Assembly: GCA_963676395.1 (NCBI GenBank)
Contig: OY781066.1
Span: 768,001-832,000, forward strand
Direction: 5' to 3'
Length of the DNA: 64,000 bases
From: a bacterium
GTDB lineage: Bacteria; Fidelibacterota; Fidelibacteria; Fidelibacterales; Fidelibacteraceae
Part shown: positions 41,337 through 52,242 of the stretch, piece after piece
Layout of the letters: every line of letters starts with the position of its first letter
Numbering within the stretch: the stretch's first letter is position 1
Notes under the pieces: generated by a model
What the model was told of the DNA's origin: nothing
Database searches by the model: none
Seen by the model: only the letters and a program-made list of their open reading frames with translations
Program-made: the position numbers and the translations under genes

Positions 41337-41927
41337 ATGATGAAAACAATAAAAGCTATCCACTCCTACAAAGAGTTAGAAGTGGAACTAAAGAGTGCCG
41401 AAACGGTCTACCTCCTCCTCTATAAAAAAGGATCGGATGCCAGCGATTGTGCCTATGGGAATATTCGTTTGGCAGCAGAAAAGGCAAACGAACTCACACT
41501 ACTTTGTGCGGATGTGAACACGGTTCGTGATATTCATGAGCACTTTAATATCACTTCCGTGCCAAACCTATTGGTATTTGACAATGCTCAACTCAAAAAT
41601 GTGATCAAAGGTTGCAATGAAAACGATTACTATAACTCAGTTTTCGAGCAACTTAGCATTTCGCAACCAAAGGCTGCAGAGGAGAAAAAAAGCAAACGCG
41701 TTACAGTCTACACAACGCCGACCTGTTCCTGGTGTACCACTCTTAAAAACTACCTTAAGGAAAAGGGTGTGCAGTTTAGAGATGTGGACATATCCAGAGA
41801 CACGAAAGCGGCTGAAGATTTGGTGAGACGATCGGGACAACGCGGCGTTCCGCAAACCGATATCAATGGACGCATCGTCGTCGGTTTTGATAAACCTAAA
41901 TTAAACGAGCTGTTAGAGCTCAGATAA
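41337..41927 (+). CDS. Thioredoxin-like plus glutaredoxin (NrdH/YruB-like) fusion
   Basis: N-terminal Trx fold with a single active-site-position Cys (SDC) and SVP; C-terminal TPTCSWC...GVP...VGFD; AGGAG RBS. Confidence 0.85.
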   Translation: MMKTIKAIHSYKELEVELKSAETVYLLLYKKGSDASDCAYGNIRLAAEKANELTLLCADVNTVRDIHEHFNITSVPNLLVFDNAQLKNVIKGCNENDYYNSVFEQLSISQPKAAEEKKSKRVTVYTTPTCSWCTTLKNYLKEKGVQFRDVDISRDTKAAEDLVRRSGQRGVPQTDINGRIVVGFDKPKLNELLELR

Positions 41928-41949
41928 AAAATACAGAAAGGAATGATAA

Positions 41950-42237
41950 ATGAAAGAATTACAACCGGTAAATCCATATGTTCTTCTAGAAATCAACGAA
42001 GAAAAAGGTGAACAAAAAACAGCATCTGGCTTGATCATCCCCGATACAGCCAAAGAAAAAAAGACAAGCGCCAAAGTGATGGCCGTTAGCAATATTGAAA
42101 ACTGCGAAATTGCAGTCGGCGATATTGTTCTTTATAAAAACTATTCCGGTGACGAAATTGAATATGCAGGCCAAAAATATCTGCTTATCCAATATGCCGA
42201 TATCTTAGCAAAGGTTGTTGAAACCGAAAAAATATAA
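41950..42237 (+). CDS. groES: Co-chaperonin GroES family protein
   Basis: LQPVN, KTASGLIIPDTAKEK and VGDIVLY motifs. Confidence 0.9.
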   Translation: MKELQPVNPYVLLEINEEKGEQKTASGLIIPDTAKEKKTSAKVMAVSNIENCEIAVGDIVLYKNYSGDEIEYAGQKYLLIQYADILAKVVETEKI

Positions 42238-42262
42238 ACTAACGAATAGTAAATTATGAATC

Positions 42263-42285
42263 GGGCTCCTTCGGGAGCCTTTTTT
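42263..42285 (+). terminator. Rho-independent terminator after groES
   Basis: GGCTCC-TTCG-GGAGCC followed by a T-tract. Confidence 0.9.
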
Positions 42286-42434
42286 ATTATTTAAAAATGA
42301 GCTGTTAATACAATTAACAGGAAAATAAATTTATTATGAAATTTTATGACGAAGGTCACATTCAATAAATATCTATTTCAATCTTCCTTAAAAATTCGTA
42401 TTTTTCAAGATGTTAAAAGGATAAAAAGGACTAC

Positions 42435-43175
42435 ATGAGCTATAAGATCCAATTGGACATATTTGAGGGCCCGGTCGACCTGCTCTTGTACTTTATCAAG
42501 CGCGACGAGATAAATATTTATGATATTCCCATCATGAAAGTTACGAAAGATTATCTTGAATATTTAGATATGATGACCACGCTCAATCTCCAGGTTGCCG
42601 GTGAATTCGTCGCTATGGCCGCCATGTTAATGCGCATTAAAGCAAAAATGCTTATTCCCCGCATCAAAGAAGGTATCGAGAACGAAGAGATCGAAGATCC
42701 TCGCAATGAATTGGTTCAGCGACTTCTTGAATACCAATACTTTAAAGAAATTGGCGGCGAGTTACAGCAATTGGAAAGCAAACATGCCGGAGAATTTAGA
42801 CGTAAGCCCAATTGGAATTATATTGATCATGATATCATGCCCGAAGATGCGCTATCTCATATTTCTCTTTTTGATATCTTAAATGCCTATAAGCAAGCAC
42901 TTGAACGCATGCCTAAAGATGCGAACCCTCATGAAGTTGAGCAAGAAAGTGCCAATATTGCCGATCAGGTTGATTTTATTTATTCTCATCTGCATAAATC
43001 ACCGCGCGTGAATTTTTCTACTCTGGTTAAGGAGATTAAAACCAAGGTCACATTAATTGTTACGGTAATCGCACTTCTTGATATGATGAAAAACAGAATG
43101 GTGAGAGTGCTTCAGGCAACAACCTTTGATGATTTTATTATTGAACAACGTGAACCCGGAGACGAAAGTGCCTAA
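42435..43175 (+). CDS. scpA: Segregation/condensation protein A (kleisin)
   Basis: FEGPVDLLL...IYDIP; EDPRNELVQRLLEY. Confidence 0.95.
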   Translation: MSYKIQLDIFEGPVDLLLYFIKRDEINIYDIPIMKVTKDYLEYLDMMTTLNLQVAGEFVAMAAMLMRIKAKMLIPRIKEGIENEEIEDPRNELVQRLLEYQYFKEIGGELQQLESKHAGEFRRKPNWNYIDHDIMPEDALSHISLFDILNAYKQALERMPKDANPHEVEQESANIADQVDFIYSHLHKSPRVNFSTLVKEIKTKVTLIVTVIALLDMMKNRMVRVLQATTFDDFIIEQREPGDESA

Positions 43176-43830
43176 TCATACAACAATGCTCGACATGCAA
43201 TTAGTAGAGGCTCTTCTTATTGCAACAGATGTTCCGCTAACCGCTGAACGACTGAATGAAAGTACCGATGAAGGTCATCGCATTGATCTTGACGCTACCG
43301 TTGAAGCCTTGAACGAACGTTACCAAGCCAATCAACATGCTTTTCATATCATGAAAGTCGGTAAAGGTTACCAGATCGTAACCAATAACACATACGAAAT
43401 CGTGGTTAGAAATTATATCAATCGCAATGTCCGGACTCGCCTAACCTACGCCGCACTTGAAACTCTGGCTGTTATTGCTTACAAACAACCGATATCAAAA
43501 CCCGAGATCGAAAGAGTCCGCGGCGTTAATTGTTCAGGTGTGCTTTCAACCCTTCTCGAAAGAGAGTTGATCACCGTTTCGGGTCGTTCCGAAGCGCCGG
43601 GCCGCCCTTTACTCTATTCTACTACCGATGAATTCTTAAGATATTTTGGATTGGCCAGTCCTTCGGACCTCCCAAGAACTCGTGAATTGGATGAATTATT
43701 CCGCTCACAAGAGAACGAACCTCAATCTTTGGAAGAAACAAAAACCCAGGATCCCGACCCGGCTGACGCTGAAATGAAAGATAAAGAACAAGACCTGACT
43801 CAGGAAAAGAACAATGCTCCGGAAGCTTAG
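43168..43830 (+). CDS. scpB: Segregation/condensation protein B
   Basis: LETLAVIAYKQP, RGV, GRPLLYSTT..FL.YFGL; GTG 43168 with GGAG RBS. Confidence 0.95.
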   Translation: MPNHTTMLDMQLVEALLIATDVPLTAERLNESTDEGHRIDLDATVEALNERYQANQHAFHIMKVGKGYQIVTNNTYEIVVRNYINRNVRTRLTYAALETLAVIAYKQPISKPEIERVRGVNCSGVLSTLLERELITVSGRSEAPGRPLLYSTTDEFLRYFGLASPSDLPRTRELDELFRSQENEPQSLEETKTQDPDPADAEMKDKEQDLTQEKNNAPEA

Positions 43831-45520
43831 CGTAAACAATATCGCAATCATAAAAGAAATCGAAGTTAAACTCGGTAAAGGTCTCACTATGCTCACCGGT
43901 GAAACAGGTACAGGAAAATCAATTATTATTGATGCTCTTGGACTGGTACTGGGAAATCGTGCCGATTCATCCATGGTTCGTCACGGCAATGATAAATCGG
44001 TGGTCGAAGCGCATTTCGATACCCTGGCAATAAATCCGGAGGTCAAAAAAGCACTCGAAGATGCACAATTGGAGTATTCGGGCGGTGATATCATCATTCG
44101 TCGAGAAGTAAACGCTAAAGGAAAATCTCGCGCCTTTTTCAATGATGAGCTTATTCCCCTGGCAGCTTTAAAGGTCATCGGCGCTAATTTGGTAGAAATG
44201 CACGGCCAACATGAAAACCAGAAATTATTCAAACCTAAAAATCATTTACTCTACCTTGGAAAGTGTGTTACCGATCGTCAAAGTATTTTAGAGTATCGAG
44301 AATCATACCAATATTTCAAGCAACAACTACGCAGATATCAAGAATTGTTACAGCATCGCGACACCTACCTTCGTGAACGCGAGCTACGGGAATTTCATTA
44401 TAAAGAATTAAATGAGATCAAACCCAAATTCGGGGAATTCAATACCATTGAGAAAGAATTACAGCTACTTGAAAACAGCTCAAAACTTGCCGGTTCCGCC
44501 GATACTCTAGCACGTGCTTTATACGAAGATGATGATGCAATTATACATCAGATTGAGGTCTTAAAGCAAAGTATACAGGAAATCCTTCGCGTAGATGAAA
44601 AGCAGCAAGAAAGTTTTAAAGAATTGCAATCGGCTCTGATCTCACTCACTGAAGTCGGTCGCAATATGAGCGAATACCGCGACGGTATGGAACACGATCC
44701 TGAGAAATTATCATCACTACAGGACCGCATGGGGTCCATTAACTATCAGATGCGTAAACATAACATGGATTTCGATCAGCTTTGTGAATATTACGAACAA
44801 CTCAAAGATGAAATGAGTTCCGAGGCAGACTATGAAACCCGCCTGAATGCTCTTTCGAAAACACTTGAAAGTGCTCGAAATGATCTTACCCAAAAAGCCG
44901 TAACTTTTCATAACATTCTTGTAAAAACCGCAGAAAGTTTTTCACGGGATATTGAAGCTCGCTTACAACTTCTTGGTATGCCCAATGCAAAATTTCAGAT
45001 TCAGTTAAAACAAAAAGAGACCGAATCCCTATCATATATCCTCTTTGAAGGGAAGCAAATTGAGCCCGGTATCAATGGAATTGATGAGGTCGAATTTCTC
45101 ATCATTACCAACCCCGGGGATAATTTTAAACCACTTATCAAGATCGCGTCCGGTGGAGAGATCTCACGTATTATGCTTGCGATCAAATCCGTTCTTGCCG
45201 AACATGACGAGATGCCAACTCTGATTTTTGATGAGATCGACACAGGTATTTCCGGACGTGTTGCTCATGTTGTAGGCGAACAGATCCGGGAACTTGGCAA
45301 ACACCACCAGATATTATGTATTACCCACCTAGCACAAATCGCATCAATGGGTGAACGACATTTCCGTGTAGATAAAGAGGTCAAAGGTGATGAAACCTTT
45401 GCAAAGATCAAAGTACTAAGCACACAAGATAGAATCAAAGAGATAGCATATCTGGTCGGTGGTGAAAAACTATCCGAAGCCAGTCTTAAAACCGCAGAGG
45501 AGTTACTAAACCCCGCATGA
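43814..45520 (+). CDS. recN: DNA repair protein RecN
   Basis: TGETGTGKS, HGQHE, ASGGEISR, FDEIDTGISG and ITHLAQ motifs. Confidence 0.96.
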   Translation: MLRKLSVNNIAIIKEIEVKLGKGLTMLTGETGTGKSIIIDALGLVLGNRADSSMVRHGNDKSVVEAHFDTLAINPEVKKALEDAQLEYSGGDIIIRREVNAKGKSRAFFNDELIPLAALKVIGANLVEMHGQHENQKLFKPKNHLLYLGKCVTDRQSILEYRESYQYFKQQLRRYQELLQHRDTYLRERELREFHYKELNEIKPKFGEFNTIEKELQLLENSSKLAGSADTLARALYEDDDAIIHQIEVLKQSIQEILRVDEKQQESFKELQSALISLTEVGRNMSEYRDGMEHDPEKLSSLQDRMGSINYQMRKHNMDFDQLCEYYEQLKDEMSSEADYETRLNALSKTLESARNDLTQKAVTFHNILVKTAESFSRDIEARLQLLGMPNAKFQIQLKQKETESLSYILFEGKQIEPGINGIDEVEFLIITNPGDNFKPLIKIASGGEISRIMLAIKSVLAEHDEMPTLIFDEIDTGISGRVAHVVGEQIRELGKHHQILCITHLAQIASMGERHFRVDKEVKGDETFAKIKVLSTQDRIKEIAYLVGGEKLSEASLKTAEELLNPA

Positions 45521-46686
45521 TCTACGAACTTATTGCACAAGACACCATTGCTAAAAGATTTCAAGGACTGATTAACTCAGGCCGTATTGGATCAGCTTAT
45601 TTATTTTCCGGTCCCGAAGGTGCAGGCAAAGCAGCCATGGCACTTAATTTATCTGCCAATTTACTCTGCCAAACACCCAAAGATGGTTTAGCTTGCGGTG
45701 AATGCGCCTCCTGTAAAAAAATGAAAAGCATGAATCATCCCGATATGCATTTTATCCATATTATGCCCAAAGCAAAATCACCTTCTAATACAGACCCTTA
45801 TGCCGGTTTAAGCGAGGCAGACTATGAAAGTATTCGGCACGAGCGTGCCGAACTGGGAAAAGACCCCTACAAAGGCATTAATATCCCGGGTGCAAAACAA
45901 ATACTTATCTCGCAAATGCGTCATATAAAAAAAGAACTGGCAATGAAACCCACTGAAGGTGGACGGCAAGTCGTATTAATTCTAGAAGCGCAGTTGGCAA
46001 ACACCGAATCTTTCAATTCACTGTTAAAAGTACTAGAAGAACCGCCTCCGATGACCACGTTTATACTTACAGCATCATCATTAGAACTGGTGCCCTCAAC
46101 TATTCGATCTCGCTGTCAGAATGTTAAATTCAATCCGGTGCCTGACCTTAAGCTTGTAGAATACCTAATCTCTAAAGGACTTGATGATTCTAATGCCCAA
46201 CGCGTTGCCCGCTTATCGGGTGGTAACGTTAAGCAAGCCAAACTGCTAATGGAGGCAGATTTTTCTAAAGTTGACTCAACCATTCTTGATTTTTGGCGCA
46301 TCATGATGGCAGGCAAGATTAACGGACAATGGGCAACTCATGCCGACATCGGAATATTAATCGATGAGTATACGGCTATGGCAAAAGCTGATCCTTCGGG
46401 CTTTGCCAATCTTATGCGATTTATGGCATTTTGGCTAAGGGATGCTCAGTTATTTGATGCCACAGGCACTCAAGATCAACTGATCAACACTCACCTTATC
46501 AAAGAATTGACTTCTTTTGTGAAATTCTATCCGGGTTTCCCCTATTACGAAACCATAAGAAAAATAGAGAATATCATTCGTGATGTAAAAATGAACTTAT
46601 ATATCCCCGCTTTACTGGCAGATCTTTTTCTTGAGATAAGACATCAATTGCTGGAAAGCAGAAAGGCAGCAAATGCGACTAAATAA
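45517..46686 (+). CDS. holB: DNA polymerase III delta-prime subunit
   Basis: AYLFSGPEGAGK, C..CGECASC zinc motif, HPD, NSLLKVLEEPP, TIRSRC. Confidence 0.9.
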   Translation: MIYELIAQDTIAKRFQGLINSGRIGSAYLFSGPEGAGKAAMALNLSANLLCQTPKDGLACGECASCKKMKSMNHPDMHFIHIMPKAKSPSNTDPYAGLSEADYESIRHERAELGKDPYKGINIPGAKQILISQMRHIKKELAMKPTEGGRQVVLILEAQLANTESFNSLLKVLEEPPPMTTFILTASSLELVPSTIRSRCQNVKFNPVPDLKLVEYLISKGLDDSNAQRVARLSGGNVKQAKLLMEADFSKVDSTILDFWRIMMAGKINGQWATHADIGILIDEYTAMAKADPSGFANLMRFMAFWLRDAQLFDATGTQDQLINTHLIKELTSFVKFYPGFPYYETIRKIENIIRDVKMNLYIPALLADLFLEIRHQLLESRKAANATK

Positions 46687-47380
46687 ATTCCTGGCCCACT
46701 GCGGAGTGGATTCCAGACGAAACTGTGATGAACTGATCTTTGAAGGCCGCGTTCAGGTGGATGGTGAAACCTTTACTAACCCCGGTGCACAAGTCGATGA
46801 AAATTTTTCCGAAATTCGCGTTGACGGCGAGATTGTAAAACTCAAAAACAATTACACATACCTCAAACTACATAAACCCAAAGGTTACGTTACCTCAAGA
46901 TCTGATCCACATAATCCCTTAACGGTTATGCAACTTCTTCCGAATGTGCTTTCGGTTGTCCCCGTAGGCAGATTAGACAAAGATACAACCGGTGTATTGC
47001 TATTCACCGATGATGGTGACCTTAATTACAAACTTACTCACCCAAAACACGGTGTAGAAAAAGAATACGAGGTCATCTTAAAAAATGAACCCGATGAAGG
47101 TTTGGAGAGCGAATTGCCAAAAGGTATTATGCTTGATGACAATGGGGAACGCGTTAAAGGTCATGCCGAGGCACTGGATCGTAAACGCATGCATTTTAAA
47201 GTTGTGTTAAAAGAAGGCAAGAAACGTGAAGTAAAGCGTATTTTCAGACATTATAATTCTCGTGTCACTCGTTTGCATCGCAATACATTTGCCGGCATTA
47301 CAGCCAACGAATTGGCACCCGGAAAATGGAAAAGACTAACGGCTAAAGAGGTTGATACCTTGAAAAAATTGGTAACATAA
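46673..47380 (+). CDS. rluB: S4-domain pseudouridine synthase (RluB/RsuA family)
   Basis: MRLNKFLA..G..SRR, KPKGY, VGRLDKDTTG. Confidence 0.85.
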   Translation: MRLNKFLAHCGVDSRRNCDELIFEGRVQVDGETFTNPGAQVDENFSEIRVDGEIVKLKNNYTYLKLHKPKGYVTSRSDPHNPLTVMQLLPNVLSVVPVGRLDKDTTGVLLFTDDGDLNYKLTHPKHGVEKEYEVILKNEPDEGLESELPKGIMLDDNGERVKGHAEALDRKRMHFKVVLKEGKKREVKRIFRHYNSRVTRLHRNTFAGITANELAPGKWKRLTAKEVDTLKKLVT

Positions 47381-47407
47381 TATCTATCGAATGTAGTGTG
47401 ATATTCT

Positions 47408-47435
47408 AGGGGCGATTTCTTAATCGCCCTTTTTT
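47408..47435 (+). terminator. Terminator of the scpA-rluB operon (REP-like stem)
   Basis: GGGCGATT-tctt-AATCGCCC followed by T6. Confidence 0.75.
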
Positions 47436-47476
47436 ATTTGACCGGAATAATTTCCCAAAAATATAGAATAATAATA

Positions 47477-47503
47477 TAGGGGCACAAAATAATGCGCCCC
47501 TAC
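47477..47503. repeat. REP-like palindrome
   Basis: TAGGGGCACA-aaataa-TGCGCCCCTAC; ends in CTAC (GTAG on the other strand). Confidence 0.6.
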
Positions 47504-47526
47504 ACTTTCATAAACAATCATTATAT

Positions 47527-48054
47527 TTATTCTATGATCAATCCTGCCAAATTCAACATCGTCTCTACGGCTTTCTTATAATCACCTACCGGTTCAATAA
47601 GAGCTGTATAAAACACATCGAATTTTCCGCTTTTTAAACCTATGCTCATTTTTCGGCTTCGCGATCCGGTGATATAGGCCGAAAGAGTATCCGGTTCGGG
47701 TGATAGATCTATTGTTACATCATATTTTGCAGAAATATGCTCTAAATAGACATCTTTCACAGGGAAGGGTTTTTTCAAATTAACCGGATACCGAAGCACT
47801 TCAACTCGATCAATATCTGTTACATTTTCCTGTCCACCGACAATAAGCGTTACATCAATATCGTTGTTCTTAATTCTATTTACACAATCTAACGCCGATT
47901 TAAAATGCTTGTGATTCCGAGGCATGCAAATACATACAGACCTTATACTGTTCACCTGTTCTTGCATAGACACAGGCTTGGAAAATGATAGTACTTTCTT
48001 TTGTTGTTTCAATAAAAACAACCATAGATCGAATTGTTGTTTTTCCAGGATCAT
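47527..48054 (-). CDS. Hypothetical protein (possibly DUF6913-like)
   Basis: 175 aa, abuts the hslU stop; 'YDVTIDL...SIG...FY' pattern. Confidence 0.6.
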   Translation of the reverse strand: MILEKQQFDLWLFLLKQQKKVLSFSKPVSMQEQVNSIRSVCICMPRNHKHFKSALDCVNRIKNNDIDVTLIVGGQENVTDIDRVEVLRYPVNLKKPFPVKDVYLEHISAKYDVTIDLSPEPDTLSAYITGSRSRKMSIGLKSGKFDVFYTALIEPVGDYKKAVETMLNLAGLIIE

Positions 48055-49421
48055 TACAAAATATACCTACTTAAGTCGTCATCCGTGACAATATTTTCAA
48101 GTGATTTCTCAACATCCTCGGATGTAACAGTAATTTTCTCCCGACCATCGGGAGCATTGAACATGATATCATCAAGAATTTGGGTCATGATGGTATGCAA
48201 ACGACGTGCACCGATATTTTCGGTTTTATCATTTACTTCCGTAGCCTTTGCAGCAATTTCATGAATTGCATCTTCTTCGAAAATCAGTTCAACATTTTCC
48301 GAACCCAACAAAGCTTGATACTGTTTGATCAAAGCATTTTGCGGACGCGTTAAGATCTGTACGAAATCATCAGTGCTCAAGCTATCCAATTCCACACGGA
48401 TCGGAAAACGTCCCTGAAGTTCAGGAATAAGATCCGATGGTTTAGCAGTATGAAATGCGCCGGAAGCAATAAATAGAATATGATCCGTTTTAACAAAACC
48501 GTAACGAGTTTTAACCGTAGACCCTTCCACAATTGGAAGCAGATCACGCTGTACACCCTGACGGCTTACATCGGCACCTTTACTTTCAGTGGAAATAGCG
48601 ATCTTATCGATCTCATCAATGAATACAATACCATGATGTTGTACACGATCGATCGCTTCTTCCTGCACCTTGGTTTTATCAACCAGTTTTTGAGCTTCTT
48701 CATCAACCAATAATTTCCGGGCTTCAGGCACCTTAACTTTTCTCTTTTTCGGTCCTTTTTTCTTACCACCAAAAAGATTCCCCATAGCTTCATTAAGAAA
48801 ATCACCCGTTTCACCGTCCATCATATCACCTCCCATGCCTTCCATGGGCCCCATGATAGATATACCGGCTATGCTGGGAGATTTAGGTTTGACGTCGATA
48901 TCAACATAACGATCATCAAATTTACCTTCAAGGTACATCGCTTTTAAACGATCGCGGGTTTTATCAATGCGCTCAACTTCATCTTCATCTAGTTTTTCTT
49001 TTTTCTCAACAGGAAAAAGCAGATCCATCAAACGAGCATCTGCCAGTTCTTCTGCACGCTGCTTTACCATTTCCTCGTGTTCTTTTTCAACCATATCCAC
49101 GGCCATATAAGTCAGATCACGAATGATGGATTCTACATCTCGACCGACATAACCGACCTCGGTGAATTTAGTGGCTTCAACCTTAATAAAAGGTGAATCC
49201 GCCAATGCTGCCAGGCGGCGGGCAATTTCTGTTTTACCTACACCGGTCGGGCCTATCATAATAATATTATTAGGTGATATTTCGTTGCGAATGGATTCAT
49301 CGGCCTGCTGGCGACGCCAGCGGTTTCGCAAAGCGATAGCAACAGAGCGTTTCGCTTTATTTTGACCGATCACATAACGATCCAGTTCTTCAACAATTTC
49401 TTTAGGTGTCATTGATCTCAT
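48054..49421 (-). CDS. hslU: ATP-dependent protease ATPase subunit HslU
   Basis: [42 protein letters not shown]. Confidence 0.98.
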   Translation of the reverse strand: MRSMTPKEIVEELDRYVIGQNKAKRSVAIALRNRWRRQQADESIRNEISPNNIIMIGPTGVGKTEIARRLAALADSPFIKVEATKFTEVGYVGRDVESIIRDLTYMAVDMVEKEHEEMVKQRAEELADARLMDLLFPVEKKEKLDEDEVERIDKTRDRLKAMYLEGKFDDRYVDIDVKPKSPSIAGISIMGPMEGMGGDMMDGETGDFLNEAMGNLFGGKKKGPKKRKVKVPEARKLLVDEEAQKLVDKTKVQEEAIDRVQHHGIVFIDEIDKIAISTESKGADVSRQGVQRDLLPIVEGSTVKTRYGFVKTDHILFIASGAFHTAKPSDLIPELQGRFPIRVELDSLSTDDFVQILTRPQNALIKQYQALLGSENVELIFEEDAIHEIAAKATEVNDKTENIGARRLHTIMTQILDDIMFNAPDGREKITVTSEDVEKSLENIVTDDDLSRYIL

Positions 49422-49957
49422 TTATCTAACTCCAGAACTGTAATGTTATCGTTTGTATATATGCAGATGGACCCGGCGATCTCCAGACTTTTCCTAGCGA
49501 TCTCGGCCGCACTCAATTCGGTATTTTCAAGCAAACCACGAGCAGCCGCCAGAGCAAAAGAACCACCCGAGCCGATGGCATAGAGATCATCGTCGGAATC
49601 GATCACATCTCCGCTTCCGCTAAGGATGTAACCTTTTTCGTTATCCATCACAATTAAAAGAGCTTCAAGTTTTTGCAAGTATTTATCCCGGCGCCATTCC
49701 TTGGTCATTTCAACCGCCGCACGAGTTAAGTCACCCTTATACTCTTTAATCTTATTTTCAAATTTTTCAAAAAGAGAAAAAGCATCAGCCGTGGCACCGG
49801 CAAAACCTGCCAGCACTTTTTCACCATAGAGCTTTCTCACTTTTACAGTCTTCGCTTTCATGACCGTATTTCCCAGGGTCACCTGTCCATCGCCTGCAAT
49901 CGCGGCTTTACCATTTCGGTGAACCCCCAATATCGTTGTACCATAGATCGTATCCAT
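49418..49957 (-). CDS. hslV: ATP-dependent protease subunit HslV
   Basis: TTILGV, GDGQVT, GFAG, IGSGG, ICIYTN. Confidence 0.98.
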   Translation of the reverse strand: MDTIYGTTILGVHRNGKAAIAGDGQVTLGNTVMKAKTVKVRKLYGEKVLAGFAGATADAFSLFEKFENKIKEYKGDLTRAAVEMTKEWRRDKYLQKLEALLIVMDNEKGYILSGSGDVIDSDDDLYAIGSGGSFALAAARGLLENTELSAAEIARKSLEIAGSICIYTNDNITVLELDK

Positions 49958-49969
49958 GTTCAATTCCTT

Positions 49970-51298
49970 TTATGTTTTACGCCGTTCGCGTGAGCCGAGA
50001 ATCCCCATTTTTTCCCGATACTTTGCAACCGTTCGGCGCGCAATGTTATATCCCTTCTCCGTCAAAGCGAGTTGCAATGCTTCATCGCTCAGCGGCTTAG
50101 TTTTGTCCTCACTCTCAATGATCTTCATCAGATCCCCTTCAAGGTCTCTGGTCGAGGCCTCCATCCCGTCACTGCGCTCAGTCTTCTCACTAAAGTAATA
50201 ACGCAGTTCATAATTGCCTGTGGGTGTTTGCATATATTTACCATTCACCACCCTTGATACTGTCGAGATATCCAATCCGGTATCTTCTGCGATATCTTTC
50301 ATGACCATGGGCAAAGGATGTTCCCGCTTTCCGGAAAGATAGTCTTGTTGCCTGCGCACAATTGCCGAAGCAATAGCGATCATGGACTGCTTGCGCTGCT
50401 CGATGGCCTTGATAAACCATTCTGCAGCCTGCTTATGATTACTTAAATAACTTTTTGTGTTTTTGTCAATATCTTTTGTATTTATCATGGATAAATATGT
50501 ATCCGACAAGCGAATGCCGGGTGTTCCACTCTCGATCAAAGCAACAAAATAATGACCATCTTTATGCCTTAACACGAGGTCCGGTACGATCGTCTTTTTC
50601 ATAAAATCATCATGTCCGGCGGCCGGTCGAGGATTCAGTTTTGCGATCTGCTCTTCAGCGTAAGCCATATCCTCTTCACTCAATTCAAGCTTATCACAAA
50701 CTTTATCAATCTCCCCATTCATATAATCTTCGAAACATTCTTCAATGATCTCAATCACATAAGGTTCTTCGTAATTTGCTTTCAACTGCAAGAGCATGCA
50801 TTCTTTCAAATCACGTGCTCCTACGCCGGGAGGCGCCAGTTTTTGGATCTGAAACAATACAGATTCCGCTTTTTTCGGTTCCACCGAAAGCTTATATGCG
50901 ATGTTCGTAATGGGTGTTGGTAAAAAACCATCTTCATCCAATGAACCGATGATCTCCTCGGCTATCATGATCTCTTCATCGTTTAGGCCTGATTCCTTGA
51001 TTTGCTTCAACAATCTCTCAAAGAAATCAAGTTCTTCGGCCTGAGTAACCTCTATCACATCCAATGCCGAATTTCGTGGAGCGGAGATATGTGATGTTTC
51101 ATCAGCCCAGTCGGTCGATTGTCCTTGAGTTTCAGCATTCGCGGGAGCGGTATCATCAAGTTCTAAAAGGGGATTTTTTTCTATTTCTTCAAGAATAGCT
51201 TTCTCAATATCTGATTGGGATAACTGTACCAATCGAGCCACCATGAGCTGCATGGGTACCAATTTTTGTAACTGTTGTTGAGATAAGCGCTGTTTCAT
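49970..51298 (-). CDS. rpoN: RNA polymerase sigma-54 factor
   Basis: Q-rich N-terminus, STVSR and the RpoN box ARRTVAKYRE. Confidence 0.97.
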   Translation of the reverse strand: MKQRLSQQQLQKLVPMQLMVARLVQLSQSDIEKAILEEIEKNPLLELDDTAPANAETQGQSTDWADETSHISAPRNSALDVIEVTQAEELDFFERLLKQIKESGLNDEEIMIAEEIIGSLDEDGFLPTPITNIAYKLSVEPKKAESVLFQIQKLAPPGVGARDLKECMLLQLKANYEEPYVIEIIEECFEDYMNGEIDKVCDKLELSEEDMAYAEEQIAKLNPRPAAGHDDFMKKTIVPDLVLRHKDGHYFVALIESGTPGIRLSDTYLSMINTKDIDKNTKSYLSNHKQAAEWFIKAIEQRKQSMIAIASAIVRRQQDYLSGKREHPLPMVMKDIAEDTGLDISTVSRVVNGKYMQTPTGNYELRYYFSEKTERSDGMEASTRDLEGDLMKIIESEDKTKPLSDEALQLALTEKGYNIARRTVAKYREKMGILGSRERRKT

Positions 51299-51306
51299 GA
51301 TCGATA

Positions 51307-52035
51307 CTAACGGTCCAGCTTGAACTTAGCTCCAAGATAGAGCCGTCTAGCCTCCGGGTCGTTCGCAAGAAATTCAGCCGTACCTGCATTGAGGATATTC
51401 CCCTGATACAGCAGATAGGAGTGGTCGGTGATCGAAAGTGTTTCGTGCACATTGTGGTCGGTAATAATCACACCGATACCACGATCTTTCAGGCGTACAA
51501 CCATTTCTTGAATATCTTCCACGGCAATTGGGTCAATACCCGCAAACGGTTCATCAAGAAGTATAAATTTAGGATTGGTAGCTAACGCACGTGCGATCTC
51601 TGTCCTCCGGCGCTCACCGCCGCTAAGGGTAAAACCTTTACCTTTGCGCACATGTTCCAACTTAAACTCTTCTATAAGGGAATCGATCTTCTCGCGAATG
51701 ACTTTTTTGTCTTTGTAATACATTTCTAAAACAAGACGAAGATTATCCTCTACAGATAATTTTCTAAACACAGAGGCTTCCTGGGCAAGATAACCGATAC
51801 CTTTTTGTGCACGCTTGTACATAGGCAGATGAGTAATATCTTCGTCGTCAAGATAGATATGTCCCTGATTCGGCCGAACCATTCCGGTGATCATATAAAA
51901 AGATGTGGTTTTCCCGGCACCATTAGGACCGAGGAGACCAACAACTTCACCGGTTTTTGCCTTAATATCAACCTCGTTCACCACTCTGCGGCGACCATAG
52001 ATCTTTATCAGTTTCTCGGCACGTAAAATTGACAT
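51307..52035 (-). CDS. lptB: LPS export ABC transporter ATPase
   Basis: GPNGAGKTT, YLAQEASVFR, LSGGERRR, DEPFAGIDP, ITDHNV. Confidence 0.97.
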   Translation of the reverse strand: MSILRAEKLIKIYGRRRVVNEVDIKAKTGEVVGLLGPNGAGKTTSFYMITGMVRPNQGHIYLDDEDITHLPMYKRAQKGIGYLAQEASVFRKLSVEDNLRLVLEMYYKDKKVIREKIDSLIEEFKLEHVRKGKGFTLSGGERRRTEIARALATNPKFILLDEPFAGIDPIAVEDIQEMVVRLKDRGIGVIITDHNVHETLSITDHSYLLYQGNILNAGTAEFLANDPEARRLYLGAKFKLDR

Positions 52036-52152
52036 TTTCTTTCCTATTCATACATTATCAATAAATGCAACCAATAAAAATACAATGTTTGGCTGGGGAA
52101 TAAAACTCTTTTATTGGGATTGTGACGAGTGTCACTTTTCAGTGAATGGTTA

Positions 52153-52215
52153 AACCGAGTCGGTTGTGAATCAAGTGAACCGAGTCGGTTGGGAATCAGG
52201 TGAACCGAGTCGGTT
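52153..52215. repeat. Array of three identical palindromes AACCGAGTCGGTT at 25-bp period
   Basis: Copies at 52153, 52178 and 52203. Confidence 0.9.
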
Positions 52216-52242
52216 AAATTTAGTAAACGGTATTATATGAAA

